NCBI RefSeq assembly: GCF_963921235.1
Contig: NC_086108.1
Location: forward strand, 78,618,001 to 78,682,000
Length of the DNA: 64,000 nt
Direction: 5' to 3'
Origin: Mobula hypostoma
Lineage: Eukaryota
Shown here: piece after piece, positions 1 through 11,757 of the stretch
How the letters are laid out: every line of letters starts with the position of its first letter
Position numbering within the stretch: the first letter of the stretch is position 1
Translations under genes and position numbers: made by a program
The notes under the pieces: generated by a model
The model's database searches: none
The model's input: only the letters and a program-made list of their open reading frames with translations
What the model was told of the DNA's origin: nothing

Positions 1-141
1 GATGTGAGGGAAGAGAAGTAACTGCCGTTACTTTTACAAGAGAGAAGGTGCTCAAAAAGTTGATAGACATAAAGGTACATAAAGTTACATGGACAAGATG
101 AACTGCACCCTGGGGTTCTGAAAGAGATAGCGGTGGAAATT
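1..141 (+). mobile_element. CR1 LINE ORF2 fragment, left part of a copy that resumes near 1378
   Basis: Degenerate KSPGPDELHPRVLKE-like region (gatgaactgcaccctggggttctgaaagag). The expected next segment (ALVMNFQKSLDSG) appears at about 1380. Confidence 0.7.
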
Positions 142-142
142 A

Positions 143-1352
143 GGCCATAACACATAGGAGCAGAATTAGGCCATTCAGCTCATCGAGTCGACTCCACTAT
201 TCTGTCATGGCTGATCCCAGATCCCACTCAACCCTATATATCTGCCTTCTTGTCATATCCTTTGATGCCCTGATCGATCAGGAAATTATCAACTTCTGCC
301 TTAAATATACCCACGGACTTGGCCTCCACCACAGTTTGTGACAAAGCATTCCACAGATTCACTACTCTCTGGCTTAAACGATCCTTCTTGCCTCTGTTCT
401 AAAAGGTTGCCCCTCAAATTTGAGGCTGTGTCCTCTAGTCCTGGATACCCCCACCAGAGGAAACATCCTCTCCACATCCACCCTATCTAGTCCTTTCAAC
501 ATACAGTAGGTTTCAATGAGATCCCTCTGAATTCTTCTAAATTCCAGTGAGTGCGGGCCCAAAGCTGCCTCATATGTTAACCCCTTCATTCCCAGAATCA
601 TCCTTGTGAACCTCCTCTGGACTCTCTCCAATGACAACATATCCCCTGAGATACGGGGCCCAAAACTGTTGACATTAATCCATGTGTGGCCTGACTAGTG
701 CCTTATAAAGCCTCAGCATTATCTCCTTGCTTTTATATTCTATTCCACTTGAAATAAATACCAACATTGCATTTGCCTTCTTTACCATAGACTAAACCTG
801 TAAATTAACCTTCTGGTAGTCTTGCATGAGTCCCTCCTCACCTCTGATGTTTAAACATTCCCCCCATTTAGATAATAGTCTGCACTACTGTTCCTTTTAC
901 CAAAATGCATTATCATACATTGCCCAACACTGCATTCCATCTGCCACTTTTTTGCCCATTCTTGAAATTTGCCTAAGTCCTGCTACAATTGTATTGCTTC
1001 TCAGCACTACCTAGCCCTCCACCTGTCTTCGAAATCATCCGCAAACTATGCCACAAAGCAATCAATTCATTATCCAAATCAATGACATACAATGTGAAGA
1101 GTAGCAGTTCTAATACCGACTCCTGAGGAACACCACTAGTCACTGGCAGCCAACCAGAATAGGTCTGCTTTATTCCCACTCACTGCCTCCTGCCTGTCAG
1201 CCATTCTCCTATCCATGCTAGTATCTTTCCTGTAACATCATACAATTTTATCTTGTTAAACCGTCTCCTGTGTGGCACTTTATCAAATGCCTTCTGAAAA
1301 TCCAAGTAAATGACATCCATTGCCTCTCCTTTGACCATCTTGCTAGTTACTT
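143..1352 (-). mobile_element. 5'-truncated CR1 LINE (RT C-half plus 3' end) inserted antisense into another CR1
   Basis: Minus-strand ORFs contain SGWLPVTSGVPQES and LERVQRRFTRMILGMKGLTY. The reverse complement of the CR1 3' end (ggcctaattctgctcctatgtgttatgg) lies at 143-175. Confidence 0.9.
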
Positions 1353-1377
1353 CCTAACGCATGGGTTAGAGTTAGGA

Positions 1378-2896
1378 TTGTGGGGGCATTAGTAATGAAC
1401 TTTCAAAAATCATTGGACTCTGGCATAATTATCAAGGAATGGAAAATTGCAAATGTCACTCCACCGTTTAAGAAAGGAGAAAGGCTGCAAAAAGGAAATT
1501 ATTGACCAGTTGGCCTGACCTCAGTGGTTGGGAAGACGTTAAGAGTCAAATGTGAAGGATGAGGTTATGGAGTACTAGGTGACACAGGATAAGATAGGAC
1601 GAAGTCAGCATGGTTTCCTTTTGTGAAAGTCTTGCCTGGTGAACCTGCTGGAATTCTTTGAGGAGATTACAAGTAGGATAGATAAAGGGATGCAGTTAAT
1701 GTTGTATATTTGGATTTTCAGAAGGCCTTTGACAAAGTGCCACACATGAGGCTGCTTACCAAGTTAAGAGCCCATGGTATTACAGGCAAGTTACTAGCAT
1801 GGTTGGAGCTTTGACTGATTGGTAAGAGGCAGCAGGTGGGAATAAAAGGATCCTTTTCTGGTTGGCTGCCAGTGACTAGTGGTGTTCTGCAAGGGTTGGT
1901 GCTGGACTGCTTCTTTTTATACCGCATATCAATGATCTAGATGATACAATGGACGGCTTTGTTGCCAAGTTTCCAGATGATACAAAGATTGGTGGAGGGG
2001 CAGGTAGTGTTGAGGAAACAGGAAGGCTACAGAATGACTTAGACAGATTAGGAGAATGGGCAAGAAAGTGGCAAATGAAATATAATGTTGGAAAACACCT
2101 GGTCATGCATTTTGGTAGAAGAAATAAATGTGCAGCCTATTTTCTAAATGGGGAGAAAATTCAAAAATCTGAGATACTGAGGGACTCTTAAGAGTGCAGA
2201 ACAGCCTACAGGTTAACTTGTAGGTTGAGTCGGTGGTGAGGAAGGCAAATGCAAGGTTAGCATTCATTTCAAGAGGTCTTGAACACAAGAGCAGGGATGT
2301 GATGCTGAGGCTTTATGAGGCAATGGTGAGGCCTCGCCTTGAGTATTGTGAACAGTTTTGGGCTCCTTTAAGAAAAGATGTGCCGGCATTGGAGAGGGCT
2401 CAGAGGAGGTTCATAAGGATGATTCTGGAAATGAAAGGGTTGTCAAATGAGGAACGTTTGGTGGCTCTGGGTTTGTACTCACTGGGATTTAGAAGGATAA
2501 GGGGAGGGGGTGATCTCATTGAAACCTTTCAAATGTTGAAAGGCCTAGATGGAGCAGATGTTTAAAGGGTTTCCCATGGTGGGGGAGTCTAGGACAAGAG
2601 GGAACAGGCTCCAGATAGAGGGGTGTTCATTTAAAACAGACATGTGTAAACATTTCTTTAGCTAGAGGTTGGTGAATTTGAGGAATTTGTGACCACAGGC
2701 AGCTGTGACGGCCAGGCTGTTGGGTGTATTTAAGGCTAAGCTTGATAGGTTCTTGTTTGGCCCGGCATCAAAGATTACGGGGAGAAGGCCGGGGAGTGGG
2801 GCTGAGGAGGGAAAAAAAAGATCAACCAAGATCGAATGGCAGAACAGACTCGATGAGTCAAATGGCCTAATTCTGCTCCTATGTCTTATGGTCTTA
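1378..2896 (+). mobile_element. Degenerate CR1 LINE RT region plus 3' UTR
   Basis: ORFs contain KFPDDTKIGG...LGEWARKWQMKYNVGK and RPRLEYCEQFWAP. Ends with ggcctaattctgctcctatgtcttatggtctta. Confidence 0.9.
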
Positions 2897-4689
2897 CTGC
2901 TTTCATTATCTTCTGAAAAATAAAGACAATGATGTTCCATTCTCGATGCTCTTTGCCCCTTCTGACAGGAAAGAAAGCAGGAGCTGCATTCAAGTCAAAT
3001 GATATATGATCATATGACTGGAGCTCTATAAATATTTGCTTGTAATTTGCTGAATAAATGTAACACTTATCAACGGATGTAACAAAGTGTACTGATTTTT
3101 GTAAAGTACTTGAGTCTTATGATGTGATATTTGTCTTGTAATATACTTCTCAAGGCATTTATGTAACTACTGCCTACCTTGAATGATGGGAAGACATATA
3201 TTGCAACTTACTTTCAAATTTTTCTTAAAAAAACTTTAAGAAACCATCTGAAGTTACTGTATCACCTGATGAAAGTTCGCAAAAATTAAACCTTTCATAG
3301 CACAATTCACATCTTCAGTGAAGCTGGGTTTCACATTTCTTTGAATCATAGAATTGTTGTGGCACTGAAGAGGCCTTTTGGTTCAGTAAGTGTCTGCCAG
3401 CTTCTATCTGAGCAATCCATTGATACCATTCCTCCACTCATAAACCTTCTTCATGTCTATCCAGTTCTCTCCAGAAGATGCCAATTGTTACAGCAGTGAC
3501 TTCCAGATCATAACTAAATTCTGCATAACAATGTTTTTTTACTCTCATCCCCTTTGTATTTTTTCCAGTTTTAAATCTGTACATTCGCATCTTGGTAGCA
3601 TTTGCCAAACGGAACCTTTCAAAAACCCATTGTGATCTTGTGAACCCTTATTCATTCTCTCCTTTTTCTTCTTTGTTCATTTTTAATTGAAGATTTCTCC
3701 CTTGAGTATCACATGTTCATATTTCAGGAAGGAGAAGCTCTTGCTGGTATTAAAATTTTATCCGAATACACTTTATATATCACAATAATAACTAATTTAT
3801 TTTGCCCTGTGTTCCATAACTGTATTACATAGTTCATAGAAAATAAATTGCATCTGTGCCCTTATTAAACATTTAGAATCAAAATGAGCTATTAAGTCAA
3901 TTTTGGATTCTGTACTAAATGGGGAATATTTATATGTTAATAACTTACTCTTTAAATTTAAATGCAAAATTAAGTTTTTTTCTGGTCATTCCTATCTTGC
4001 AGTTTGACCTTTGTTCTAAGAACAACAATCTAAAAGTAGTTTTTGATTAACAAACCTGAGCCCAGTAATTGGAAATATGCTCTGGACTGCACTCTCTCCA
4101 AAACATCCTGGAAGACAAGTTTGAAATCTGAAATATTACCACCTGTTAGCTTTCACATTGTGCAGATTACAATCTCCTTCCTTCCTTCTACTCACTGTTT
4201 CCTGATGCACAGTATGGTATATCCAACCATTCTGCTCAATTTTGAAGTATTGCAATTACAATTCCAATACCATTTCATCATCCTGCATTAATTCTCCCCA
4301 AATTCTTCATAGATCTTACTTTTTCGATGATAGTCCTTGATGTTAAGCACACTGACAATAACAAGACAACCAAATGTTTATATTATTATTTTCCAAATAG
4401 ATGTAAATGATCAATTATCTGCTTTTCTCCAAATTAGATATTCTTTGGACTTGACCATCATTCCTATATTATGTAACATTATCTGCAAAATATCAATATG
4501 CAATTAATCTTTGTCCAAATAGTGAACATTAGAATAGCTTGACTATCTAAGTTTGATGTGCAACCTGATGAAAGAACACTTTGGCTGAGAATTTCAATGG
4601 AATCTGAAAAAGCACTCCAGAGTTGAAGTGAGAGTAATTGCCCTTGGCATTAAATAAACATTCAATTAAATATGGCTTCAAAGAGCCCT

Positions 4690-5215
4690 CATAAACTGGA
4701 ACACAAAGAAATCAGAGGAAAAGCCTCCACCAGTTTGAAGCACAGACAGCACAAAGGAAAGTGGTTGCGGTGGTTGGAGGTTAATTTTCTCAGACACAGG
4801 GTATCTCTGCAGAAGTTCCAAAATGTCTGTACTCTTGTCACCGAACAGAAACTGAACTGGAGTAGCCATAACCACAATGTGTATAAGGTTACAAGAAAAG
4901 GTCAAAGGTTAGGAACCCTGCAATGAGCAGCTCTCCTAACTCCCCATAGCCTATCCACCAATGACAAAGCTCAGGTCAGAAGAGCACTTGTTCGTATAAG
5001 CGCAGCATGAACAACACTCAAGAAGCTTAACAGGACGTAGCAGCTCACTCGATAAGACACCCCATCCACAACCAATCGCTCACTCAACCACTGACACACA
5101 ATAGCAGCGGTTTATACCATCTTCGGATTGCACTACAACAACTTTTCCTTAAGCAGCACCTTCCAAATCCATGACCTCTACTTGCTAAAAGGTCAAGGGC
5201 AGCAGAAGTTGCCAG
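4690..5215 (+). mobile_element. Ancient CR1/L2-type LINE RT fragment
   Basis: Degraded motifs KLEHKEIRGK, GQRLGTL...LLTPHSLSTNDKAQVR; many frameshifts. Confidence 0.5.
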
Positions 5216-5319
5216 GGCAAGAACAATGGCAGATGTCATTCTCTGCAGGACATTAGGGATTCAGTCAGGTTCTCACAGCAATCCAGTAGTTTCATAGCTA
5301 TCACTTGTGCATATATACA

Positions 5320-5741
5320 GTCGTCGTCGTGGTTATCCCTCGAGGTCGAGGATGATGGTCTTCGTTCTGAAGAAGTGGCCCACAGAGCGAACTCGCCTGT
5401 GCGTGTATTTGTTTAACGTGTACTTGACGTTGCACTCCAAGAAGCATACGATACTACACAAATCAACCAACTGATTCCGATGGTATAGAAACCACGACGA
5501 TTGGAGCTGATGGATTTGTTGCAGCCTTCATCCGCCTTCACAGCCGTTGAGTTCAAAGTAACTTCGTCCGCCTGTTCCACCGTTGAGGTCTTGGTTGGAC
5601 TGTTCTTTGTCAGGGACCTCACCCTCAACCTTACCGCCATGGGCGACCCTACCAGGAGCATAGCTCCAGATGGCATTGCTCTCGGGATCACAGGACCACA
5701 CAAGCTTCTCCACCTCAACAAGGTGACAATCCACGGGGAAG
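5320..5741 (-). mobile_element. Short non-autonomous RTE-derived retroposon (RTE 5' UTR joined to a 3' end with a (GAC)n tail)
   Basis: Minus strand begins gtggattgtcaccttgttgaggtggagaagcttgtgtggtcctgtgatcccgagagcaatgcc...ggtagggtcgcccatggc...ctgacaaag, resembling the Expander/BovB RTE 5' UTR. It ends ccacgacgacgac. Confidence 0.7.
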
Positions 5742-5745
5742 ATAG

Positions 5746-8132
5746 ACATAGAACATAGAACATAGAATAGTACAGCACAGTACAGGCCCTTCGGCCCACA
5801 ATGTTGTGCCGACCCTCAAACCCTGCCTCCCATATAAGCCCCCACCTTAGATTCCTCCATATACCTGTCTAGTAGTCTCTTAAACTTCACTAGCGTATCT
5901 GCCTCCACCACTGACTCAGGCAGTGCATTCCACGCACCAACCACTCTCTGAGTAAAAAACCTTCCTCTAATATCGCCCTTGAACTTCCCACCCCTTACCT
6001 TAAAGCCATGTCCTCTTGTGTTGAGCAGTGGTGCCCTGGGGAAGAGGCGCTGGCTATCCACTCTATTCCTCTTATTATCTTGTACACCTCTATCATGTCT
6101 CCTCTCATCCTCCTTCTCTCCAAAGAGTAAAGCCCTAGCTCCCTTAATCTCTGATCATAATGCATACTTTCTAAACCAGGCAGCATCCTGGTAAATCTCC
6201 TCTGTACCTTTTCCAATGCTTCCACATCCTTCCTATAGTGAGGTGACCAGAACTGGACACAGTACTCCAAGTGTGGCCTAACCAGAGTTTTATAGAGCTG
6301 CATCAATACATCGCGACTCTTAAACTCTATCCCTCAACTTATGAAAACTAACACCCCATAAGCTTTCTTAACTACCCTATCCACCTGTGAGGCAACTTTC
6401 AGGGATCTGTGGACATGTACCCCGAGATCCCTCTGCTCCTCCACACTACCAAGTATCCTGCCATTTACTTTGTACTCTGCCTTGGAGTTTGTCCTTTCAA
6501 AGTGTACCACCTCACACTTCTCCGGGTTGAACTCCATCTGCCACTTCTCAGCCCACGTCTGCATCCTATCAATGTCTCTCTGCAATCTTTGACAATCCTC
6601 TACACTATCTACAACACCACCAACCTTTGTGTCGTCCGCAAACTTGCCAACCCACCCTCCTACCCCCACATCCAGGTCGTTAATAAAAATCACAAAAATT
6701 AGAGGTCCCAGAACAGATCCTTGTGGGACACCACTAGTCACAACCCTCCAATCTGAATGTACTCCCTCCACCACCACCCTCTGCCTTCTGCAGGCAAGCC
6801 AATTCTGAATCCACCTGGCCAAACTTCCCTGGATCCCATGCCTTCTAACTTTCTGAATAAGCCTACCGTGTGGAACCTTGTTAAATGCCTTACTAAAATC
6901 CATATAGATTACATGCACTGCACTACCCTCATCTATATGCCTGGTCACCTCCTCAAAGAACTCTATCAGGCTTGTTAGACACGATCTGCCCTTCACAAAG
7001 CCATGCTGACTGTCCCTGATTTGACCATGATTCTCTAAATGCCTATAGATCCTATCTCTAAGAATCTTTTCCAACAGCTTTCCCACCACAGACGTAAGGC
7101 TCACTGGTCTATAATTACCTGGACTATCCCTACTACCTTTTTTGAACAAAGGGACAACATTCGCCTCCCTCCAATCCTCCGGTACCATTCCCGTGAACAA
7201 CGAGGACAGAAAGATCCTAGCCAGAGGCTCAGCAATCTCTTCCCTCGCCTTGTGGAGCAGCCTGGGGAATATTCCGTCAGGCCCCAGGGACTTATCTGTC
7301 CTAATGTAATTTAACAACTCCAACACCTCCTCTCCCTTAATATCAACATGCTCCAGAACATCAACCTCACTCATATTGTTCTCACCATCATCAAGTTCCC
7401 TCTCATTGGCGAATACCGAAGAGAAGTATTCATTGAGGACCTCGCTCACTTCCACAGCCTCCAGGCACATCTTCCCACCTTTATCTCTAATCGGTCCTAC
7501 CTTCACTCCTGTCATCCTTTTTTTCTTCACATAATTGAAGAATGCCTTGGGGTTTTCCTTTACCCTACTCACCAAGGTCTTCTCATGCCCCCTTCTTGCT
7601 CTTCTCAGCCTCTTCTTAAGCTCCTTTCTTGCTTCCCTATATTCCTCAATAGACCCATCTGATCCTTGCTTCCTAAACCCCATGTATGCTGCCTTCTTCC
7701 ACCTGACTAGATTTTCCACCTCACTTGTCACCCACGGTTCCTTCACCCTATCATTCTTTATCTTCCTCACCGGGACAAATTTATCAAGAGATCTCTAAAC
7801 ATCGACCACATGTCCATAGTACATCTCCCTGCAAAAACATCATCCCAATTCACACCCGCAAGTTCTAGCCTTATAGCCTCATAATTTGCCTTTCCCCAAT
7901 TAAAAAATTTCCTGTCCTCTTTGATTCTATCCTTTTCCATGATAATTATAAAGGCCAGGGAGTGGTGGTCGCTGTCCCCCAGATGCTCACCCACTGAGAG
8001 ATCTGTGACCTGACCCGGTTCATTACCTAGTACTAGATCTAGTATGGCATTCCCCCTGGTCGGCCTGTCCACATACTGTGACAGGAATCCGTCCTGGACA
8101 CACTTAACAAATTCTGCCCCATCTAAACCCTT
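5746..8132 (-). mobile_element. 5'-truncated CR1 LINE, about 2.4 kb, relatively young
   Basis: Tail of catagaa repeats at about 5746-5768. Contains the endonuclease end (RPTRGNAILDLVL, GDSDH) and the RT. Confidence 0.95.
6334..7770 (-). pseudogene. CR1 ORF2 reverse transcriptase, 478-aa open segment of a truncated and disrupted ORF2
   Basis: NYRPVSLTSVVGKLLE, QHGF, DFSKAF, SGVPQGSVLGP, FADD motifs. A stop and frameshifts separate it from the flanking ORF2 pieces (5995-6306, 7767-8168). Confidence 0.9.
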
Positions 8133-8694
8133 ACAGTACAGATTCCTCACATGGTAGGGTGGGATCAATAATGTGAAGCTCCATCTTCTGGTCTAGCAAT
8201 TTAACTGTTATGTTAATGTATACACCTGCCATTAGTCTTCACACAACCTTCATGCACAGGCAAGCTAATCATTGGGCTGAGATCAGCATTTGGGATTGTT
8301 GAATCACGGGCTTGAGGCATCCACAAGGTTGGCTGGGTAGTAAGTGAAGATATTTGTTGCTGGTCAATAATGAGGCATTAGTTAGGGGGTTGATGGACTC
8401 AGGAGTTGCAAGACGTGACCAGCAGCAGCAGGATATTATGTCTGATTATGCATATCTAGATTGTGAGAGGATCTGTCAATCTGTGGAGAGGTTGGTGATT
8501 AACCTAACAGGAAGCAAGTTACTTAAAGGAAACCTACTTAAGTTGGATTTCTAGTGTCACCTGGGTATATTCAGGGACTCCCTACAAGTTGTACAGATGT
8601 GGACTGACAGGCACATCTAGTCTCCACCCCAAACATGAAATCTTTGTGAAATGATATGTCAGTGTGAATTTAAGCTCAATGTAATAATGAATAA

Positions 8695-10422
8695 ATTTGC
8701 CATCTATAAATTTGCTGGCAATACAACAACTGTTGGCAAAATCTCAGATGGTGACGAGGTGGCATAAAGGAGTAAGATATACTAGCTAGTTGAGTGGTGG
8801 CACAGCAACTACTTTGCACTCAACGTCAGTAAGAGCAAAGAATTGATTGGGGACTTCAGGAAGGGTAAGATGAGGTGTGACGAAAGACCAAGTTATCAGA
8901 AGATTGCTGTTAATGAGAGAGATAAGTGAGACAATGGAGCAGCATTCAGAAATGTTAATGAGATGCGAGAGAGATTAACGAAAAGAGACACAGTTCTGAG
9001 TATTGACAGACTGGTTGCTTTGAACCTGAATTGTTTGAAGTTTGATGGACAGGCGATACCCCAGCAGGGGGATAAAAGGAACAGGTTCACTAAGGCAAGA
9101 CAGACACCACGAGATCACGAGGTAACGAGACCCTGGAAGTGCGGTGTGCTCCCACAAGTTGGTGGGAGTTTTGGAGGTCTGGTCGCGGGACCGACCAGAG
9201 ACGCACAGGGTGAAAAGGTACGATCGGCGGGAACCTGGTGTGTGTGTCCGCCCTTGCCTGGGTGCCGGGTTCACCGCGGAAGAACGAACGTATCCGGAAC
9301 GGAGGGGTCACAGTCGGTGACCTCAGAAGACATTAAAAGGGCTCACGCCGAAAGCTAACTGCGAGGAACATCAAAGGTCTGTGAATCGAAATTTGCATTC
9401 ACTCGCTCTCTCTCTCTCTCTCCAACGGCACAACAGCAATTACTGCGAACTGTACTCAGCTGAACTGAACTCTGCGTCACTTGAGAATGATCATTTTGCC
9501 CCTAGACTGCGATAGAGCTTGATTGATTCCTATTATCCTAGTTCTGTGTACGTGTGTTTTATCATTGCTAACCCGTTGCATTTATATCCTTATGATTAGA
9601 GTACTGTGTTACTTATTTCTTTACTAAAACTTTCTTAGTTCCAGTAATCCAGACTCCAACTGTGTGGTCCATTTCTGCTGGTTTGGCAACCCAGTTACGG
9701 GGTACGTAACAGAGGAAAGACACACCAGTCCTCATAGAGGGATCAGAAGTGGAAAGAGTGAGCAACTTCAAGTTCCAGGGTGTCAATACTTCTGAGGACT
9801 TAGGCTGGACCCAACATATCGATGCAGCTATAAAGAAGGCAAGCAGTGGCTGTATATCATTAGGAGCTTGAGGAGATTTGGTACGCCACCAAAATCACTC
9901 GCAAGTTTCTACAGATATATCATGGAGAGTATTCTAACTGGCTGTATCACTGTCTGGAGTGGGGAGGGAGGGGGGCTACTGAATGGGATCCAAATAAGCT
10001 GCAGAGGGTTGTAAAATTAATGAGCTCCATCATGGGCACTAGCCTCCGTAGTATCCTCCAGGACAACTTCAAAGAGTGGTGCCTCACAAAGGCCGCATCC
10101 ACCATTAAGGACTCCGATCACGCAGGACATTCCCTCTTCTCACTGCTACCATCAGGAAGGAGGTACAGAAGCCTGAAGGCACACACTCAGCGATTCAGGA
10201 ACAGCTTCTTCCCATCGCCCATCTGATTCCCAAATGGACATTGAACCCATGAACACCATCTCACTACTTATTTAACTCACTCTTTCATTATACGTCCATA
10301 CATAAATTGAAAAAATTCACAAATTTTCCCCTCTATTATCATGTACTGCATTGTGGTGCTGCCACAAAGTTAACAAATTTCACGACATATGCCAGTGATA
10401 ATAAACCTGATTCTGATTCTGA
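8695..10422 (+). mobile_element. Rex1/Babar-type LINE 3' part, interrupted by a solo LTR
   Basis: [20 protein letters not shown] before the LTR continues as [14 protein letters not shown] after it. Later LLPSGRRYRSLKAHTQRFRNSFFP, then the tail aataaacctgattctgattctga. Confidence 0.85.
8876..9711 (+). mobile_element. Solo LTR (836 bp) of the Gmr1-like Gypsy family
   Basis: TGTGAC...GTAACA termini. 4-bp TSD GAGG at 8872-8875 and 9712-9715. The 3' end is nearly identical to the LTRs at 54463 and 58721. Confidence 0.92.
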
Positions 10423-10449
10423 AATAATCATGGTAAGGAGATTATAGTC

Positions 10450-10748
10450 AGTGACTCTAGGACAAGGGGACACAGCCTCAGAATGCAAGGACATCCCTTT
10501 AGAACAAAGACGAAGCGGAATTTCTTCAGCCAGAGGTTGATGAATTTGTGGAATTCATTGCCACGCACTGCTATAGAGGCGAGGTTATTGAGTATATTTA
10601 AAGTAGTTCTTGATTAATAAAGGTGTCAAAGGTTAAGGGGAGTAGGCAGGAGAATGAGGTTGAGGGGGATATTAAATCAGCCAGGATAGAATGCGGAGTA
10701 GACTCGATGGGCCAAATAGTCTCATTATGCTCTGATGTCTTGATCTTA
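10450..10748 (+). mobile_element. CR1 3' fragment
   Basis: tctaggacaaggggacacagcctcagaat...aatttcttcagccagagg...CR1 3' UTR. Confidence 0.75.
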
Positions 10749-11757
10749 TTCCGTGACGCCGCACTTGAAAAGTAAAGCCTCTTAACATGCCAAACTGAGC
10801 AACAGACTGGCAGATTCAATATTTTTTAACTACTTACACTGCAAATTTGCAAGCACAATTATCTATGTTTTTGTCTTGTTGCCTTTGAGACTGGTAACAA
10901 TTAAGCAATCATCCTGGAACATAATCCAGTACGTGAATTGATTTGTTAATGTTTTGGCCACTACACTTGGCAGGCAGTAGAAGAAACAAATTTTTAAATG
11001 GGCAGTGTTTTATGGATGACTCCAATAACACAGGAAAGGCCAAATATCCAAGATTTCCACTCTTTAAAATGGATGACTTAATAAGTACTTTAGATGAGAA
11101 CATAAAATGATGAATGAAATTGAAATCAAGCTGAATAAAAGAGAGTGTAAAGCTATGGGAGATGGATTTCAGCACTGCTAAGAGTGAGGATATGCACTTG
11201 GATCAAAGGGATCGATTCAAATCTAGGCTGTGTTGAAAAACTAAATGGTTGAGGTCTTAAGAGCTTTTTATGCTCACAAAGACAGATCCACAAAATATTA
11301 AAAAACTAATTGAGACCTTATTGCAATGTATAATTGCTTTTATTTCTAAAATATAAAGGAGGAAGGGATCTATTTTGCTTACAAATCCATAAAACTGTGC
11401 TTAGTCTACATTTGAAGCATCCTGTTTTGAAAATCTTGTATTAATAGGAAGGAGTGCAGTGCAAATTCACCAGAAAGCACATTAAATGGTCACAGACCAG
11501 CACCAAGACATTCCAATGCACACAACAGGCAACATAAAATTTCAGCCTGCCCCTCCAAGGCTCAAAAGGCCAACCACAGCCTCAGTCAGAGGGTGGGTCA
11601 GGCAGCAGCATTTGGTAAAGGGGGAAGGGAAAGAACTGGAAGCAAGAATCAGAACTGGCATATTGCTACAATTTGTGTTAGGGAGGAAGGGTGCTGGTGA
11701 AATTAGAAGCTGCCAGTTTGTGGATGAATGAGAGGTTGTCAGATCGTTTGGAAGGAG

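Noticed and set aside
1361..1376. Interstitial telomeric repeat (gggttagagttagg)
   Set aside because: Only about two imperfect units; too short to support.
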